From positions 96,001 through 160,000 of the forward strand of contig CAVYYZ010000011.1 of the NCBI GenBank assembly GCA_963772835.1: a DNA stretch of 64,000 nucleotides, in the 5' to 3' direction. Shown here one piece after another: positions 29,017 to 39,641 of this stretch. Each line of letters starts with the position of its first letter. Position 1 is the stretch's first letter. The translations under genes and the position numbers were made by a program. The DNA comes from an uncultured delta proteobacterium (lineage in GTDB: Bacteria; Desulfobacterota; Desulfuromonadia; Geobacterales; Pseudopelobacteraceae). Below the pieces are notes generated by a model, which ran no database searches, was not told the origin of the DNA, and was given only the letters and a program-made list of their open reading frames with translations.

Positions 29017-30053
29017 ATATAGGATTCTGGCGGTATTCCCTCCGTAATCGTGGCGGTGACCGGTTAAGCCTCGATTACGCCAACCACTTGTCTGATATGG
29101 GGCACGATGTAACATTGTACGTGGCGGACATGAACACCATTTTTTCGATCAGTGCCAATCTGAACATTGTTCAGATACCGGATCATGGTCGGATCGTTTT
29201 TATTGCTCAAAGTGCATCGGCATCTCTGAAACATGATGTGGTAATAGTGGATATCATACATCTGGCCCTGCCGCTTTCATGGCATAACCGGGTACTCTAT
29301 TATGCCCAGGCCGACGATGTTGAATACTATGCGAATCCACTTATACGCAATTTCATTGACCGTTTATACCGCTGGTATTTTAACAGTGGCCGCCCGTATA
29401 TTTCCATGTCGCAGCATCTTTCCGGAATACTGGAAAAACGTTACGGAATAATGGCACCCCATACAGTCAGGACCGGTATCGATCATTCTCTCTTCTATCC
29501 GGAACCGGACCATGAATTGTATGCATCCAAGGGGGATAGGCGCGCACTGGTATTTATGGCTCGCGGTGATGAGTATCGAAAGGGTTTCGATATCGCCCGT
29601 GAGGTGTTTCGGAAACTTGGTGCCGTGGCATCTGATAGCATTGAACTCTGGGTGTGCGGCGAAATATTTGAGCCAGACGGTGAAATTTCGGTCAGAAATT
29701 TCGGGCATCTCTCCGATACGCAACTGAGACGGATTCTGAGCAGTGCTGACCTGTTTCTGTATCCATCACGGCATGAGGGTTTTGGACTGTTTCCTCTTGA
29801 GGCGATGGCCTGCGGAATTGTTGTGGTTACCACCGATGCTGTACCGTATGCCCGTGCAACCTCATCGATGCAGGTTGTTGACATCGGTGACCATGAGGGG
29901 ATGGTAAGGATAATTATTGAGCTGCTTAATGACGCGCAGCGGCTTCAACGTCTCAAACAGCAGGCGTTGGCGGATGCCGCCGGATATGACCATGCCGTTG
30001 GTAAATCAGATTTTACCGATTTTGTTTCAGCGATTGTCAGGGACAGTGCCTGA
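29013..30053 (+). CDS. GT4 glycosyltransferase (XapF-like)
   Basis: 'YPSRHEGFGLFPLEAMACG'; TTG start overlapping the upstream stop. Confidence 0.85.
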   Translation: MNIGFWRYSLRNRGGDRLSLDYANHLSDMGHDVTLYVADMNTIFSISANLNIVQIPDHGRIVFIAQSASASLKHDVVIVDIIHLALPLSWHNRVLYYAQADDVEYYANPLIRNFIDRLYRWYFNSGRPYISMSQHLSGILEKRYGIMAPHTVRTGIDHSLFYPEPDHELYASKGDRRALVFMARGDEYRKGFDIAREVFRKLGAVASDSIELWVCGEIFEPDGEISVRNFGHLSDTQLRRILSSADLFLYPSRHEGFGLFPLEAMACGIVVVTTDAVPYARATSSMQVVDIGDHEGMVRIIIELLNDAQRLQRLKQQALADAAGYDHAVGKSDFTDFVSAIVRDSA

Positions 30054-31180
30054 TGAAAATAGGCATTGACGCAACAGTCGTTTTTTCTGATCGACCCAGC
30101 GGTCTTGGCGTGTACACCGTCAATATGGTCAATGAGCTTTACCGATTGCATAAGGACATGGTTGTCTGGACAATCGCGGATGCCGGATTTGATCTTCCGC
30201 CATCGTGTGTGCGCCGTGTCCTGAAACCGCTCCGGTTTATGGGCAACAGGATCTATCCAATACGGCCTCTCTGGCTTGAATTATTCCTGCGCGCCGAACT
30301 GAAAAAGGAAAAGGCAGATGTTCTTTGGAGCACGGTTCCAAGCGCCCTGTCTCATTCCCCGGTCCCGCACCTGATTACAGTCCATGATCTGATACCGGTC
30401 CGATTTCCCGGGGATGTCCCTTCATGGGTACGTTGGAACTTTACCAAAAGGATACTGCCAACCATCAGCGGCGCTTCGGGGATTATTGCCGATTCAGTCG
30501 CTACACGGGAGGATCTTGTCCGGACGGGTGTCCGGCTTCCGTCGGTAGAGGTCGTCTATCCGGCCTTTGATGCCGGCCATTTTTGTCGGGTTGATCCGCA
30601 CGATGTCATAACGAAATACCGCCTTGAATCTGCCCCCTATCTGCTGTACGTAGGAAACGCCTCGCCGAGAAAAAATCTGGGTGGCGTTTTACGTGCATTC
30701 GGAAAAATCTCAGCCGATCTGCCGCATTCCCTTGTTCTTGCCGGTGCAAAATCGACGGAAGAACTCGAACAACTGGAGAGGATCATTCGCCAACTTGAGC
30801 TTCAGGATAGGGTAATTATGCTCAACTACGTGCCATTTAAGGATCTGCCTGAATTGTACAGCGGTGCTGCCTGTGTGGTGTATCTATCACGCTACGAGGG
30901 GTTCGGACTGCCCGTGCTGGAGGCAATGGCCTGCGGGGTTCCGGTTGTCGCATCCAGTACGACATCCATCCCCGAAGTTTCGGGTGATGCAGCATTGCTG
31001 GTTGATCCTGATGATGCGGACGCTGCTGCGGCGGCCATCCGTTCCGTGCTTACGGATGATGCACTTCGTCAGAGAATGATTGAGGCGGGGCTCAGACAAT
31101 CAAGTATGTTCTCATGGTCCTCTTCAGCACGTCAGGTTCTGCAAACTCTCCATACACTTTCGGAGGCGCACCATGCCTGA
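30053..31180 (+). CDS. GT4 glycosyltransferase
   Basis: TVHDLIP, PRKNL and [14 protein letters not shown]. Confidence 0.9.
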   Translation: MKIGIDATVVFSDRPSGLGVYTVNMVNELYRLHKDMVVWTIADAGFDLPPSCVRRVLKPLRFMGNRIYPIRPLWLELFLRAELKKEKADVLWSTVPSALSHSPVPHLITVHDLIPVRFPGDVPSWVRWNFTKRILPTISGASGIIADSVATREDLVRTGVRLPSVEVVYPAFDAGHFCRVDPHDVITKYRLESAPYLLYVGNASPRKNLGGVLRAFGKISADLPHSLVLAGAKSTEELEQLERIIRQLELQDRVIMLNYVPFKDLPELYSGAACVVYLSRYEGFGLPVLEAMACGVPVVASSTTSIPEVSGDAALLVDPDDADAAAAAIRSVLTDDALRQRMIEAGLRQSSMFSWSSSARQVLQTLHTLSEAHHA

Positions 31181-32042
31181 AACGGTTTCCCGTTGCGGGG
31201 TGTGTGGCGACGAAACACATGAGGTCATTGACAAAGAAGGTGCACTTTGTCGTTGCCGGTGCGGTTTTATCTTTCACAATCCCCGTCCGTCGAATGATGA
31301 AATCGCCACCTTTTATGAAAGAGGTGACCAGTATGACGGCTGGCTGGCACATGAAAGCGAACGTGAGGAACTTTGGCTCCGTCGCTGGAGAAAAATGGCG
31401 CGGTACGTTGGTAGTGGTCCATTACTGGACGGAGGGACAGGCACAGGTCAATTTCTGTATGTAATACGTCAAAAAGTGTCGTCGGTTTATGGTACTGAAC
31501 TTTCCGGTCGGGCTCGGAATATTGCCAGGACTCATTACGGGATTGATATTGTCGAAGCTGATGGTGTAGGGGCTGAATGGGGTACTCTTCGATTTTCCAC
31601 CATTACCCTCTTTCACGTGTTGGAACATGTTCCAGACCCGGGCAAGCTGATTCGGGACTGCCATGAACTCCTGAATCCTGACGGCGTCCTCGTAATTGCA
31701 GTTCCCAACGATAGCAATTGTCTGCTGGCAAAAATCCGCTTTACACTCGACAGGATTCGTCCTATGGAAAAGAGACGCTTCTGTTCGGCAGGGTTCGAGC
31801 GTATTCTTCTTGATGATGTCCAGAGTGAAGTTCATCTGTCACATTTTTCAATTCCTGTCATTCGTCGTCTTTTGGGAGATCGTGGTTTCACGGTGCTTGA
31901 GGAGTCTATCGATCCTTATTTTGTGGCTGGAGGATTCCTGCTCGTCTTCCATCGAATATTTTATGCGGCTTCCTTGATACTTTGGAACATTTTCAAAATT
32001 AACCTCTATCCTACGATATGGGTAATAGCTAAACGTGATTAA
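31173..32042 (+). CDS. class I SAM-dependent methyltransferase with N-terminal Cys cluster
   Basis: CGVC...CRCG, LDGGTGTG and FHVLEHVPDP. Confidence 0.82.
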   Translation: MPETVSRCGVCGDETHEVIDKEGALCRCRCGFIFHNPRPSNDEIATFYERGDQYDGWLAHESEREELWLRRWRKMARYVGSGPLLDGGTGTGQFLYVIRQKVSSVYGTELSGRARNIARTHYGIDIVEADGVGAEWGTLRFSTITLFHVLEHVPDPGKLIRDCHELLNPDGVLVIAVPNDSNCLLAKIRFTLDRIRPMEKRRFCSAGFERILLDDVQSEVHLSHFSIPVIRRLLGDRGFTVLEESIDPYFVAGGFLLVFHRIFYAASLILWNIFKINLYPTIWVIAKRD

Positions 32043-33285
32043 GGTTCTCTATGACATATCGGTACTTGGAATTGGCCACTATTTCATTAAAGCCGGTGTA
32101 GTACGAGTTGTGGAAAACATTCTTGAAGGCCTGATTACGAACGATGAATGCAACGTATACGGCCATGTTTCTTCACCGTTCCATCTGCATCCGGCGCTGG
32201 ATGCCCTTACATTACTCCATACGTCTGCATGCCCAGTGTGGATACAACCCCGTCACCGTCACCTGTACAGCGGAATTCGGGATCTCGTACTGCGGCATCA
32301 GGGTGCCAGATCCGACAAGCTTACAAAATGGTCATTGTTTCTTGCATCGGCAGTGTTGGAGATGGGGCGCTGCTCTCCTATTCCCGAAGCTGATATTTAT
32401 CATTCTCCATTTCGTCCTCTCCCCAAAATTGTTGGTAAAGGTAACCGCACGCCGCGATTTCTTACGGTATATGACCTGATACCGCTCCGGTTCCCTGAAT
32501 ACTATTCCACCGGGAGCCGGTTCTTCAACGTGGTACGAGATTCATTACAAAGTTTGAAGTCAGAAGATTGGGCGCTCTGTATTTCTGAATCTACCCGCAA
32601 TGATCTGTGCGAATATCGCCCCGATCTCAGCCCTGAGCGTGTTATAGTTACCCCGCTTGCGGCCTCCTCTATCTTTCGGCCTTGCCGGGAAAACTCAGTC
32701 CTTGATGCAACCAGGCGTAAATACAGCATACCGGACGGTTCCTACATATTGAGTTTGGGAACTCTTGAGCCCCGTAAAAATCTGCCGCGGCTCATCAAAT
32801 CGTTTGCTCGACTTGTGAAACAGGAACATATTGCAGACCTTTCGCTGGTGCTGGTGGGTGTAAAGGGGTGGCAGTACGATGAAATATTTCGTGAGGTTGC
32901 TGCTACCGGTCTGTCTTATGATCGCATCAATTTTACCGGGTTTATCCCGGATAGTGATCTTTCAGCTCTCTATAGTGGAGCGCTTGCCTTTGCCTATATG
33001 TCACAGTATGAAGGGTTTGGCCTCCCACCACTTGAAGCTATGCAATGCGGTGTGCCGGTGATAACTTCAAATACCTCTTCCCTGCCTGAAGTAGTCGGAG
33101 AAGCCGGGATCATGGTCTCGCCTGATGATGAAGACGGCATTTGTCAGGCGATGCTTGATCTTTACCGCGATTCGACTTTAAGGTCTGAACTTGCGGCCAG
33201 GTCTTTGGAGCGTGCATCTTTATTCAGCTGGGAAAGATGTGTGCATGAAACGGTTGAGGCCTACAAAAAGGCTTTGAACTCTTAA
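32035..33285 (+). CDS. GT4 glycosyltransferase
   Basis: [16 protein letters not shown] and [14 protein letters not shown]. Confidence 0.9.
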   Translation: MIKVLYDISVLGIGHYFIKAGVVRVVENILEGLITNDECNVYGHVSSPFHLHPALDALTLLHTSACPVWIQPRHRHLYSGIRDLVLRHQGARSDKLTKWSLFLASAVLEMGRCSPIPEADIYHSPFRPLPKIVGKGNRTPRFLTVYDLIPLRFPEYYSTGSRFFNVVRDSLQSLKSEDWALCISESTRNDLCEYRPDLSPERVIVTPLAASSIFRPCRENSVLDATRRKYSIPDGSYILSLGTLEPRKNLPRLIKSFARLVKQEHIADLSLVLVGVKGWQYDEIFREVAATGLSYDRINFTGFIPDSDLSALYSGALAFAYMSQYEGFGLPPLEAMQCGVPVITSNTSSLPEVVGEAGIMVSPDDEDGICQAMLDLYRDSTLRSELAARSLERASLFSWERCVHETVEAYKKALNS

Positions 33286-33309
33286 AACAATATATCTGGA
33301 GGTTTTTAT

Positions 33310-34341
33310 ATGAAAGTGCTTGTAACCGGCGGGTGCGGTTTTTTAGGTTCACATGTGTGTGAGTATTACATCGGAAAAGGTGCCGAGGTTGTCGCCTATG
33401 ACAATATGACCAAGCATGAACTTGCAAGAACCGGCTTCGCTACGGAAATTGCACGGGAGTTTAACCGCACGTTTCTTGAGGGGTTGGGAGTCAGAATCGT
33501 GCAGAAAGATGTTCGGGATTTCGAAAACCTGCTGGAAGAGGCGGATGGGTGCGATTATATCATCCATACTGCTGCACAACCGGCAATGACCATAAGCTGG
33601 GAGGACCCGCGCCTCGACTTTACCAGCAACGCTCTGGGGACTTTCAATGTATTGGAAGCGGCACGGTTGCTGAAAATTCCGGTTGCCTGCTGCGCTACCG
33701 TTCATGTGTACGGGAATGAAATTAACGACACCCTTTCCGAGTCTGAAAAACGATATGTCCGGGAGCCTGCAGGTATTGACGAACTTGAGCCGACACTGCG
33801 TGGTACGCTGACACCTCTGCACGCCTCCAAGGCGGCTGGTGATATCTACATTAAAACCTACATTGATACGTATCAGCTCGAAGCGGCCAGTTTCCGATTG
33901 ACCGGCATCTATGGTACCCGCCAGTTCGGCGGGGAAGATCATGGATGGGTTGCCAATTTCGTTATCAGGGCACTGATGGGATGGCCGATTACTCTGTTCG
34001 GTTCCGGCAAGCAGGTACGTGATATAATATATGCCACCGACGTCTGTGCCGCATTTGACGCATTTTATACCACCCGTGCCACCGGAATATATAACATCGG
34101 CGGTGGGCAGAACACCGCCATATCCCTCATTGAATGTGTCGATTTGATAGGGGAGCTGACCGGCACGAGGCCTGATATCACCTATGCGCCTGACAGACTT
34201 GGCGATCTGCGCTATTTCGTTTGTGATACCACAAAAGCGGAGCGTCAGCTTTCATGGAGCCCTTCTGTCATGCCGCGCGAAGGTGTTGCAAGGCTGATCG
34301 ACTGGGTGCAGAAGAACAACCACTGCTTTGGAAGCCGCTAA
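33310..34341 (+). CDS. NAD-dependent epimerase/dehydratase (CDP-paratose 2-epimerase-like)
   Basis: TGGCGFLGSH, HTAAQPAMT and 'QFGGEDHGWVA'; the catalytic YxxxK position reads HASK. Confidence 0.82.
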   Translation: MKVLVTGGCGFLGSHVCEYYIGKGAEVVAYDNMTKHELARTGFATEIAREFNRTFLEGLGVRIVQKDVRDFENLLEEADGCDYIIHTAAQPAMTISWEDPRLDFTSNALGTFNVLEAARLLKIPVACCATVHVYGNEINDTLSESEKRYVREPAGIDELEPTLRGTLTPLHASKAAGDIYIKTYIDTYQLEAASFRLTGIYGTRQFGGEDHGWVANFVIRALMGWPITLFGSGKQVRDIIYATDVCAAFDAFYTTRATGIYNIGGGQNTAISLIECVDLIGELTGTRPDITYAPDRLGDLRYFVCDTTKAERQLSWSPSVMPREGVARLIDWVQKNNHCFGSR

Positions 34342-34351
34342 AGGAGTCGAC

Positions 34352-35068
34352 ATGAAAGCCCTGATACTGGCAGGAGGCCGTGGAAAACGGCTGGACGAAC
34401 TTTCGAAAAATAAGAATAAATGTATGATTGAGGTGCATGGCCGACCGGTTATTGAATACAGCTTGGACAATGCCGCTTCCACGGATGTTGATGAAATACT
34501 GCTTGTTGTGGGGTATCGGGCCGAAGAGATCATCAACAATTATGGAATCAGTTATAAAGGCAAACGTCTGCGTTATGTCCTGCAGTGGGAACAGAAAGGG
34601 CTTGTTCATGCCATGGAATGTGCTTCCGAGGCACTTGCGGGTGACGACTTCATGCTGCTGCTGGGTGATGAAATTATGTTGAATCCGCGCCATGCGGAGT
34701 TAATAACATCCTACAAATCCAGCAATGCTTTTGCCGTTTGCGGCGTCCTTCAAGTAGAAGATTGTGAACTGATCCGTCGAACCTACACCCTGATTCAGGA
34801 TGAGAACCGGGTAATTCACCGGTTGGTGGAAAAACCGCGCAAACCTTTCAATAACCTTATGGGAACGGGCGACTGCGTTTTCAATAACAGGATTCTGGAC
34901 TATATTTCTGTTACCCCGATTCACCACGAAAGACAAGAGAGGGAATTGCCTGATTTGATCCAGTGCGCTATTGATGACGGAATGAGAGTAGTATCTTTTG
35001 ATGTTTGCGATCGTTATGCAAATATTAATTCATGCGATGATATTGTCTTTTCTGAGGCGAATCTGTGA
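34352..35068 (+). CDS. sugar-1-phosphate nucleotidyltransferase
   Basis: AAGGAG RBS; LILAGGRGKRL, LLGD, VEKP and ELPD. Confidence 0.88.
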   Translation: MKALILAGGRGKRLDELSKNKNKCMIEVHGRPVIEYSLDNAASTDVDEILLVVGYRAEEIINNYGISYKGKRLRYVLQWEQKGLVHAMECASEALAGDDFMLLLGDEIMLNPRHAELITSYKSSNAFAVCGVLQVEDCELIRRTYTLIQDENRVIHRLVEKPRKPFNNLMGTGDCVFNNRILDYISVTPIHHERQERELPDLIQCAIDDGMRVVSFDVCDRYANINSCDDIVFSEANL

Positions 35069-35081
35069 CTTGGATAATATA

Positions 35082-36485
35082 ATGGGCATAGGCCGTGTCA
35101 CGGGAAATATTTCCATATTGGTAACAGCAAATTTGATGTCGCAGGGATGTCTTTTTCTTGCTTCGCTCTATTTGGCAAGGACATTGGGTCCGGAAAGTTT
35201 TGGACGGATAAGTTTTGCAGCAGCTTTTGCAGCATTCTTTGTGCTAGTTACAGATTGCGGTTTGACACTTTATGGAATACGAGAAACGTCATGCAATCCC
35301 AAAGATGTGAAGATGGTTGTTAGAGCAATACTACGTGAACGTATTGTTCTAGCCACACTCTCGTTTGGTCTACTTGCAGGAATTACCGCTGTTATCAATA
35401 AACCGTCTGCGATTAGATTGTTGATTTTGTTGTATGGTCTGGGAGCTTTCCCTGCTGCGTTACTAATAGAATGGGCATTTCAGGGGCTCGAACAGTTTCG
35501 TATTGTTGCTTTCGGGAGATTTATCACAGGCATCATATATTTCCTGCTTGTAATTTTATTTGTTCAAGGTCCTTCACAAGAAATGATCCCCCCTCTGGCG
35601 TGGATTGCAACAGGAGGTATTGTTGCGATATTTCTTGGTTACATTTTTTTCAGAGCGTATGGCAGGCCAACTGCATCTGATCCTACCTACGACACTGTAT
35701 ACGGTTTTTTGAGTCTTACCCGGAAAACTTTCCCCATGGGACTTTCACTCATAATGATCCAGATTGTCTATACCATTGATTCAGTCATGCTGGGTTTTTT
35801 AGGTAGTGACACTGATGTAGGAGTGTACGCAGCGGTGTATAAAATCATCCTTGCACTAATTCTTGTGGGGGCTGTGTATTTTGAATCTGTATTTCCATTG
35901 ATGTCACGACTGTGCTCTCGTTCCCATGAGTCCTTTATCGTCTTGCATGGCCTCAATTTAAAAATCGTGTCTGCTTTTATAGCTCCGTTATTTGTTGCCG
36001 GAATAATTTGTGGCGAATTATTGATAAATTTTTTATTTGGCAGAGCCTATTCAAGTGGACTTTCTGCGTACTTAATTCTTCTTCTTTCAGTTGTATTAAT
36101 CTACTACAACATGCTTTGTGCAAGGGGGCTATGGGCTTTTAACAAGCAAAATATATTTTTGATTATTGTGACATTTCAGTCAGTTATAAATGTTTCACTA
36201 AATATGATGTTAATTCCAGAATATGGTATAACCGGGGCCGCTACCAGTACATTGATTGCGGAATTGGTTGGATTGATATTGTATTACAAGTATCTCAGTA
36301 AGATAGTAAGTATTCAAATTGAGTATAGTAATTTGATTCCGTTTGTATTGGCAGCCTGTATGTTTTTGATTTATAAGGCCGTTGATAATGTTATTGTGAT
36401 ATTTCCTTTGTTGCTCGCATATATAACTATTCTTTATGTAACTAAATTCATCACTCGAGATGAATTGCTTGTGTATGAACATTAG
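35082..36485 (+). CDS. wzx: Wzx-type flippase
   Basis: Many TMs, 'LARTLGPESFG', 'DSVMLG...VGVYAA', 'LIPEYGITGAA'; AT-rich. Confidence 0.87.
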   Translation: MGIGRVTGNISILVTANLMSQGCLFLASLYLARTLGPESFGRISFAAAFAAFFVLVTDCGLTLYGIRETSCNPKDVKMVVRAILRERIVLATLSFGLLAGITAVINKPSAIRLLILLYGLGAFPAALLIEWAFQGLEQFRIVAFGRFITGIIYFLLVILFVQGPSQEMIPPLAWIATGGIVAIFLGYIFFRAYGRPTASDPTYDTVYGFLSLTRKTFPMGLSLIMIQIVYTIDSVMLGFLGSDTDVGVYAAVYKIILALILVGAVYFESVFPLMSRLCSRSHESFIVLHGLNLKIVSAFIAPLFVAGIICGELLINFLFGRAYSSGLSAYLILLLSVVLIYYNMLCARGLWAFNKQNIFLIIVTFQSVINVSLNMMLIPEYGITGAATSTLIAELVGLILYYKYLSKIVSIQIEYSNLIPFVLAACMFLIYKAVDNVIVIFPLLLAYITILYVTKFITRDELLVYEH

Positions 36486-36499
36486 AATGAGAGGAATGC

Positions 36500-37249
36500 A
36501 TGGAACCGAAATACACTGCTGAAGAAATCGCAACAAAGATTGCATCGGTGCCTTTTTGGGGGCATTCGATTCAGTTGCCGTTTGATATTGTGACGCCTGG
36601 CAAGGTAATGTGCAACATTGATACAATAAATCGTCTTAATTTATCTCAGGATTTAACCGGCATGACTGTTCTGGATATTGGGACGTGGGATGGATTTTAT
36701 AGTTTTGAATGTGAGAAGCGTGGTGCTCGTGTCATGGCGATTGATAACTTGAACCGCCTCAAAAAAAATGATGAAATTTGTTTTCAATCACAGGGAAACA
36801 GCGGATTTGAAATAATAAAAGACATTCTTGATTCTCAGGTTGAATTCAGAGAGATGGATGTCTATCAGATAGATAAGGAGCCAATTGGCACATTTGACAT
36901 CGTATTATTTCTTGGGGTTCTTTACCATCTGAAACATCCTCTGCTGGCACTCGAGAAAATTGCTCAGGTAGTTGAGCAGGATTTATATATTGAAACTGAG
37001 TTTATCAGAACTCCATTCACCAATAGACCAATCATTGAATATCTTGAACATTGTTATCTTAACGAAGATCCGACAAATCATTGCCGTCCGAATATTTCAT
37101 GGTTGAAAAATACGCTTCTGGATTTGGGCTTTTCATCGGTTGATATTCTATATAAGACACCCGCTTCAATTTATAATATCTATCGAATGGTTGTAGATGG
37201 GACGGTTTTCTGTCCTGGAAGAATCATTATTAAGGCGTCAAAAAAATAA
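36500..37249 (+). CDS. class I SAM methyltransferase (DUF1698/CmoB-like)
   Basis: VLDIGTWDGFYSFE and FDIVLFLGVLYHLKHP. Confidence 0.82.
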   Translation: MEPKYTAEEIATKIASVPFWGHSIQLPFDIVTPGKVMCNIDTINRLNLSQDLTGMTVLDIGTWDGFYSFECEKRGARVMAIDNLNRLKKNDEICFQSQGNSGFEIIKDILDSQVEFREMDVYQIDKEPIGTFDIVLFLGVLYHLKHPLLALEKIAQVVEQDLYIETEFIRTPFTNRPIIEYLEHCYLNEDPTNHCRPNISWLKNTLLDLGFSSVDILYKTPASIYNIYRMVVDGTVFCPGRIIIKASKK

Positions 37250-38529
37250 TGGAAAATACTAGTGATACAAATATTATGAAGATTTCCAACATGAATCATC
37301 ACGTCTTTGGTGCCTGGCGACTCAAAGCCATAAATGCGCGTAGATTCAGCAGAGACTGGCGCAGTTACGCTTATTTACTTGGGAATGGCCGCTTTAAAGA
37401 GGCGCTGAATTTTTTTCGCACCAAGTTTGTAGTGCCAACGGGTGAAGGTTCCTTCTTAGGGTTTGCCAGTCTCTTGAAAAAATACCCTGATTTAGTGCCG
37501 ATGCCGCGCTATATCGAGATGGAAACCACCACCATCTGTAATAAACGTTGTACGATCTGCGAATATGTCTACTGGCCGGAAGGTGAGCAGGTCCGACGTC
37601 ATCTGACTTTTGAAGAGTTCCGATATATGGTTGATCAGTTCCCCGTGCTGGACTGGGTCAATCTTACCGGAGAAGGATCCTCCTTCCTCAATCCAGATTA
37701 TTCCCGAATGCTGCGCTATTTATGGGAACGCGACAGAACATCCATCTGGTTGGTTGACCATCTTGCAGATATTCCTTTTGAACGGTTGGAATCCGATGTT
37801 CTGCCCTATATCCAGGGTATGTATATTTCATTGGATGCAGCAACAAAGGGAACGTATGAGTCAATTAAACTTGGCTGCAATTTTGATAATGTTGTAGAAA
37901 ACCTTACAAGGCTCATTGCGTATAAGAGGGCGAACCGAACTCCGTTCCCTCATTTGTCATTCCGATACGTACTTCTGCAGAATAATATTCATGAAATGCC
38001 CCTGTTTCTGGACCTTTTAAACTCAATTGCCCGCCCGAATGAGTGGGGTGGATCAGCCACGTTGGCTGAGTTTACCGGTCTCCTCTATTTCGATGAAATA
38101 CGTCATCTGTATGTTAATGATATTCCTGTTGGGATAATTGAACAATTAAAAGAGCGAACAAACGGAATTGATTTTGCCTTTGCGCATGTTGAAGAGGGGC
38201 GAAATCCGCCGATTGAGTACTGCAATGCCTGGCTGGAACCCTACATAATGCTGCCGGGATATGCATTGCCATGCTGTGCTGTCATGATGTCAAATCGCAG
38301 GCCTTTTCTGCGGGAGTATGCCTTTGGTAATCTGTTCGATGATGATTTTAACAAGATCTGGCACAGTGAGTACTATACCCGTTTCAGGAGTATGGTGAAT
38401 GACCCGGATGCACCGGTCCCCAAAATATGTGCCGGTTGCAGGGCCTTCAGGACAGAGGAGCGTATCGCCAGAAATGGAGTCTGGGATGTACGGGCGGAAG
38501 ATGGCGGAACTAAGTGCGTCTCCTCGTAG
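37249..38529 (+). CDS. radical SAM protein with SPASM/twitch domain
   Basis: CNKRCTIC (CxxxCxxC), LTGEG, C-terminal YCNAW...PCC...GN...CAGC. Confidence 0.88.
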   Translation: MENTSDTNIMKISNMNHHVFGAWRLKAINARRFSRDWRSYAYLLGNGRFKEALNFFRTKFVVPTGEGSFLGFASLLKKYPDLVPMPRYIEMETTTICNKRCTICEYVYWPEGEQVRRHLTFEEFRYMVDQFPVLDWVNLTGEGSSFLNPDYSRMLRYLWERDRTSIWLVDHLADIPFERLESDVLPYIQGMYISLDAATKGTYESIKLGCNFDNVVENLTRLIAYKRANRTPFPHLSFRYVLLQNNIHEMPLFLDLLNSIARPNEWGGSATLAEFTGLLYFDEIRHLYVNDIPVGIIEQLKERTNGIDFAFAHVEEGRNPPIEYCNAWLEPYIMLPGYALPCCAVMMSNRRPFLREYAFGNLFDDDFNKIWHSEYYTRFRSMVNDPDAPVPKICAGCRAFRTEERIARNGVWDVRAEDGGTKCVSS

Positions 38530-39641
38530 TGTATCCACAGATAGCGTTCTATGGTGGTGCAGAGCTTGTTGTAGTCCGTTTCTGCAATTTTCTTACATCA
38601 CTGGGTATTCCAAACGCGCTTCTTACCACCGGTATAACACCTGAAGTCGAACATGATCTTGCCGGTACCGAGATCATTCTAGCCCCTGTGACAACTGACC
38701 GCCTCTACACAAAATACTTCGCCCTGCAGCAGGCCCTTCGTAAGATCCAACACCGTTTCGATGTAATCAACTGCCATAATTTTCCCGCTGAGTTACTTTC
38801 TCTATTTGCCCGCCGGCCCGTGGTCTGGCTCTGTAATGAACCGGAACTGTATCTGATCACTACATCCGGAAGACTGACTTTATTCAGGAAGGCCGCGTTC
38901 AATCTTTTTCTTGCCATCGGTAAATGGATTGTGCGTACCCGGATAGCTGAATCGATTGTTGCAGATGAGGGCAACGCTTCCAGATTCAAGCAGATTTATG
39001 GGGTAGAGCCTGTAATTATAAATTATGGAATAGATCATAACTTCTTTTCACAGTCACCTGATGAAGATATTCGACAACGGCTTGCCCTTTCCGGAAGATT
39101 CCTGTTGCTGCACGCAGGGACACTTACCCCTTATAAAAATCAGATGGCAAGTCTCATTGCGGTACGTGAACTGCGCAGAGATATACCCACAATTCATCTT
39201 GTTCTGGCCGGGACAGGAGAGGGCGAGTACAGGGATAAACTGGAACAATTCATCACAGATAACGACTTGGCAAATTATATCACCTTTACCGGTCACGTAA
39301 GCCGGAATGCCATGCGTAACCTCTATCATGCTTCTGATGTGTTGTTGCATCCCGTGGCTGCCCAAGGCGGGTGGTTAGCCCCTTTTGAAGCGCTTTCTGC
39401 TGGCTTGCCGGTGATTGTTTCACCTGATCTGATGGCAGCAGACATAATTTCATCAAATAAAATCGGAGTTGTGACCTTTGACTATGCCAACGTGATCCGC
39501 GAGTGTTTCACAAATCGTGAAAAATTCCGGGGAATGGCGCTTGATGGAAAAAAATGGGTGCAACAAAACCTTGGATGGGATCAGTTTTGCGGGAAATTAC
39601 GTGATGTCTGCGAACGGGCCGCCAATAGGCACTCAGGATGA
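38514..39641 (+). CDS. GT4 glycosyltransferase
   Basis: YGGAE, TPYKNQ and WLAPFEALSAGLPVI. Confidence 0.85.
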   Translation: MRLLVVYPQIAFYGGAELVVVRFCNFLTSLGIPNALLTTGITPEVEHDLAGTEIILAPVTTDRLYTKYFALQQALRKIQHRFDVINCHNFPAELLSLFARRPVVWLCNEPELYLITTSGRLTLFRKAAFNLFLAIGKWIVRTRIAESIVADEGNASRFKQIYGVEPVIINYGIDHNFFSQSPDEDIRQRLALSGRFLLLHAGTLTPYKNQMASLIAVRELRRDIPTIHLVLAGTGEGEYRDKLEQFITDNDLANYITFTGHVSRNAMRNLYHASDVLLHPVAAQGGWLAPFEALSAGLPVIVSPDLMAADIISSNKIGVVTFDYANVIRECFTNREKFRGMALDGKKWVQQNLGWDQFCGKLRDVCERAANRHSG

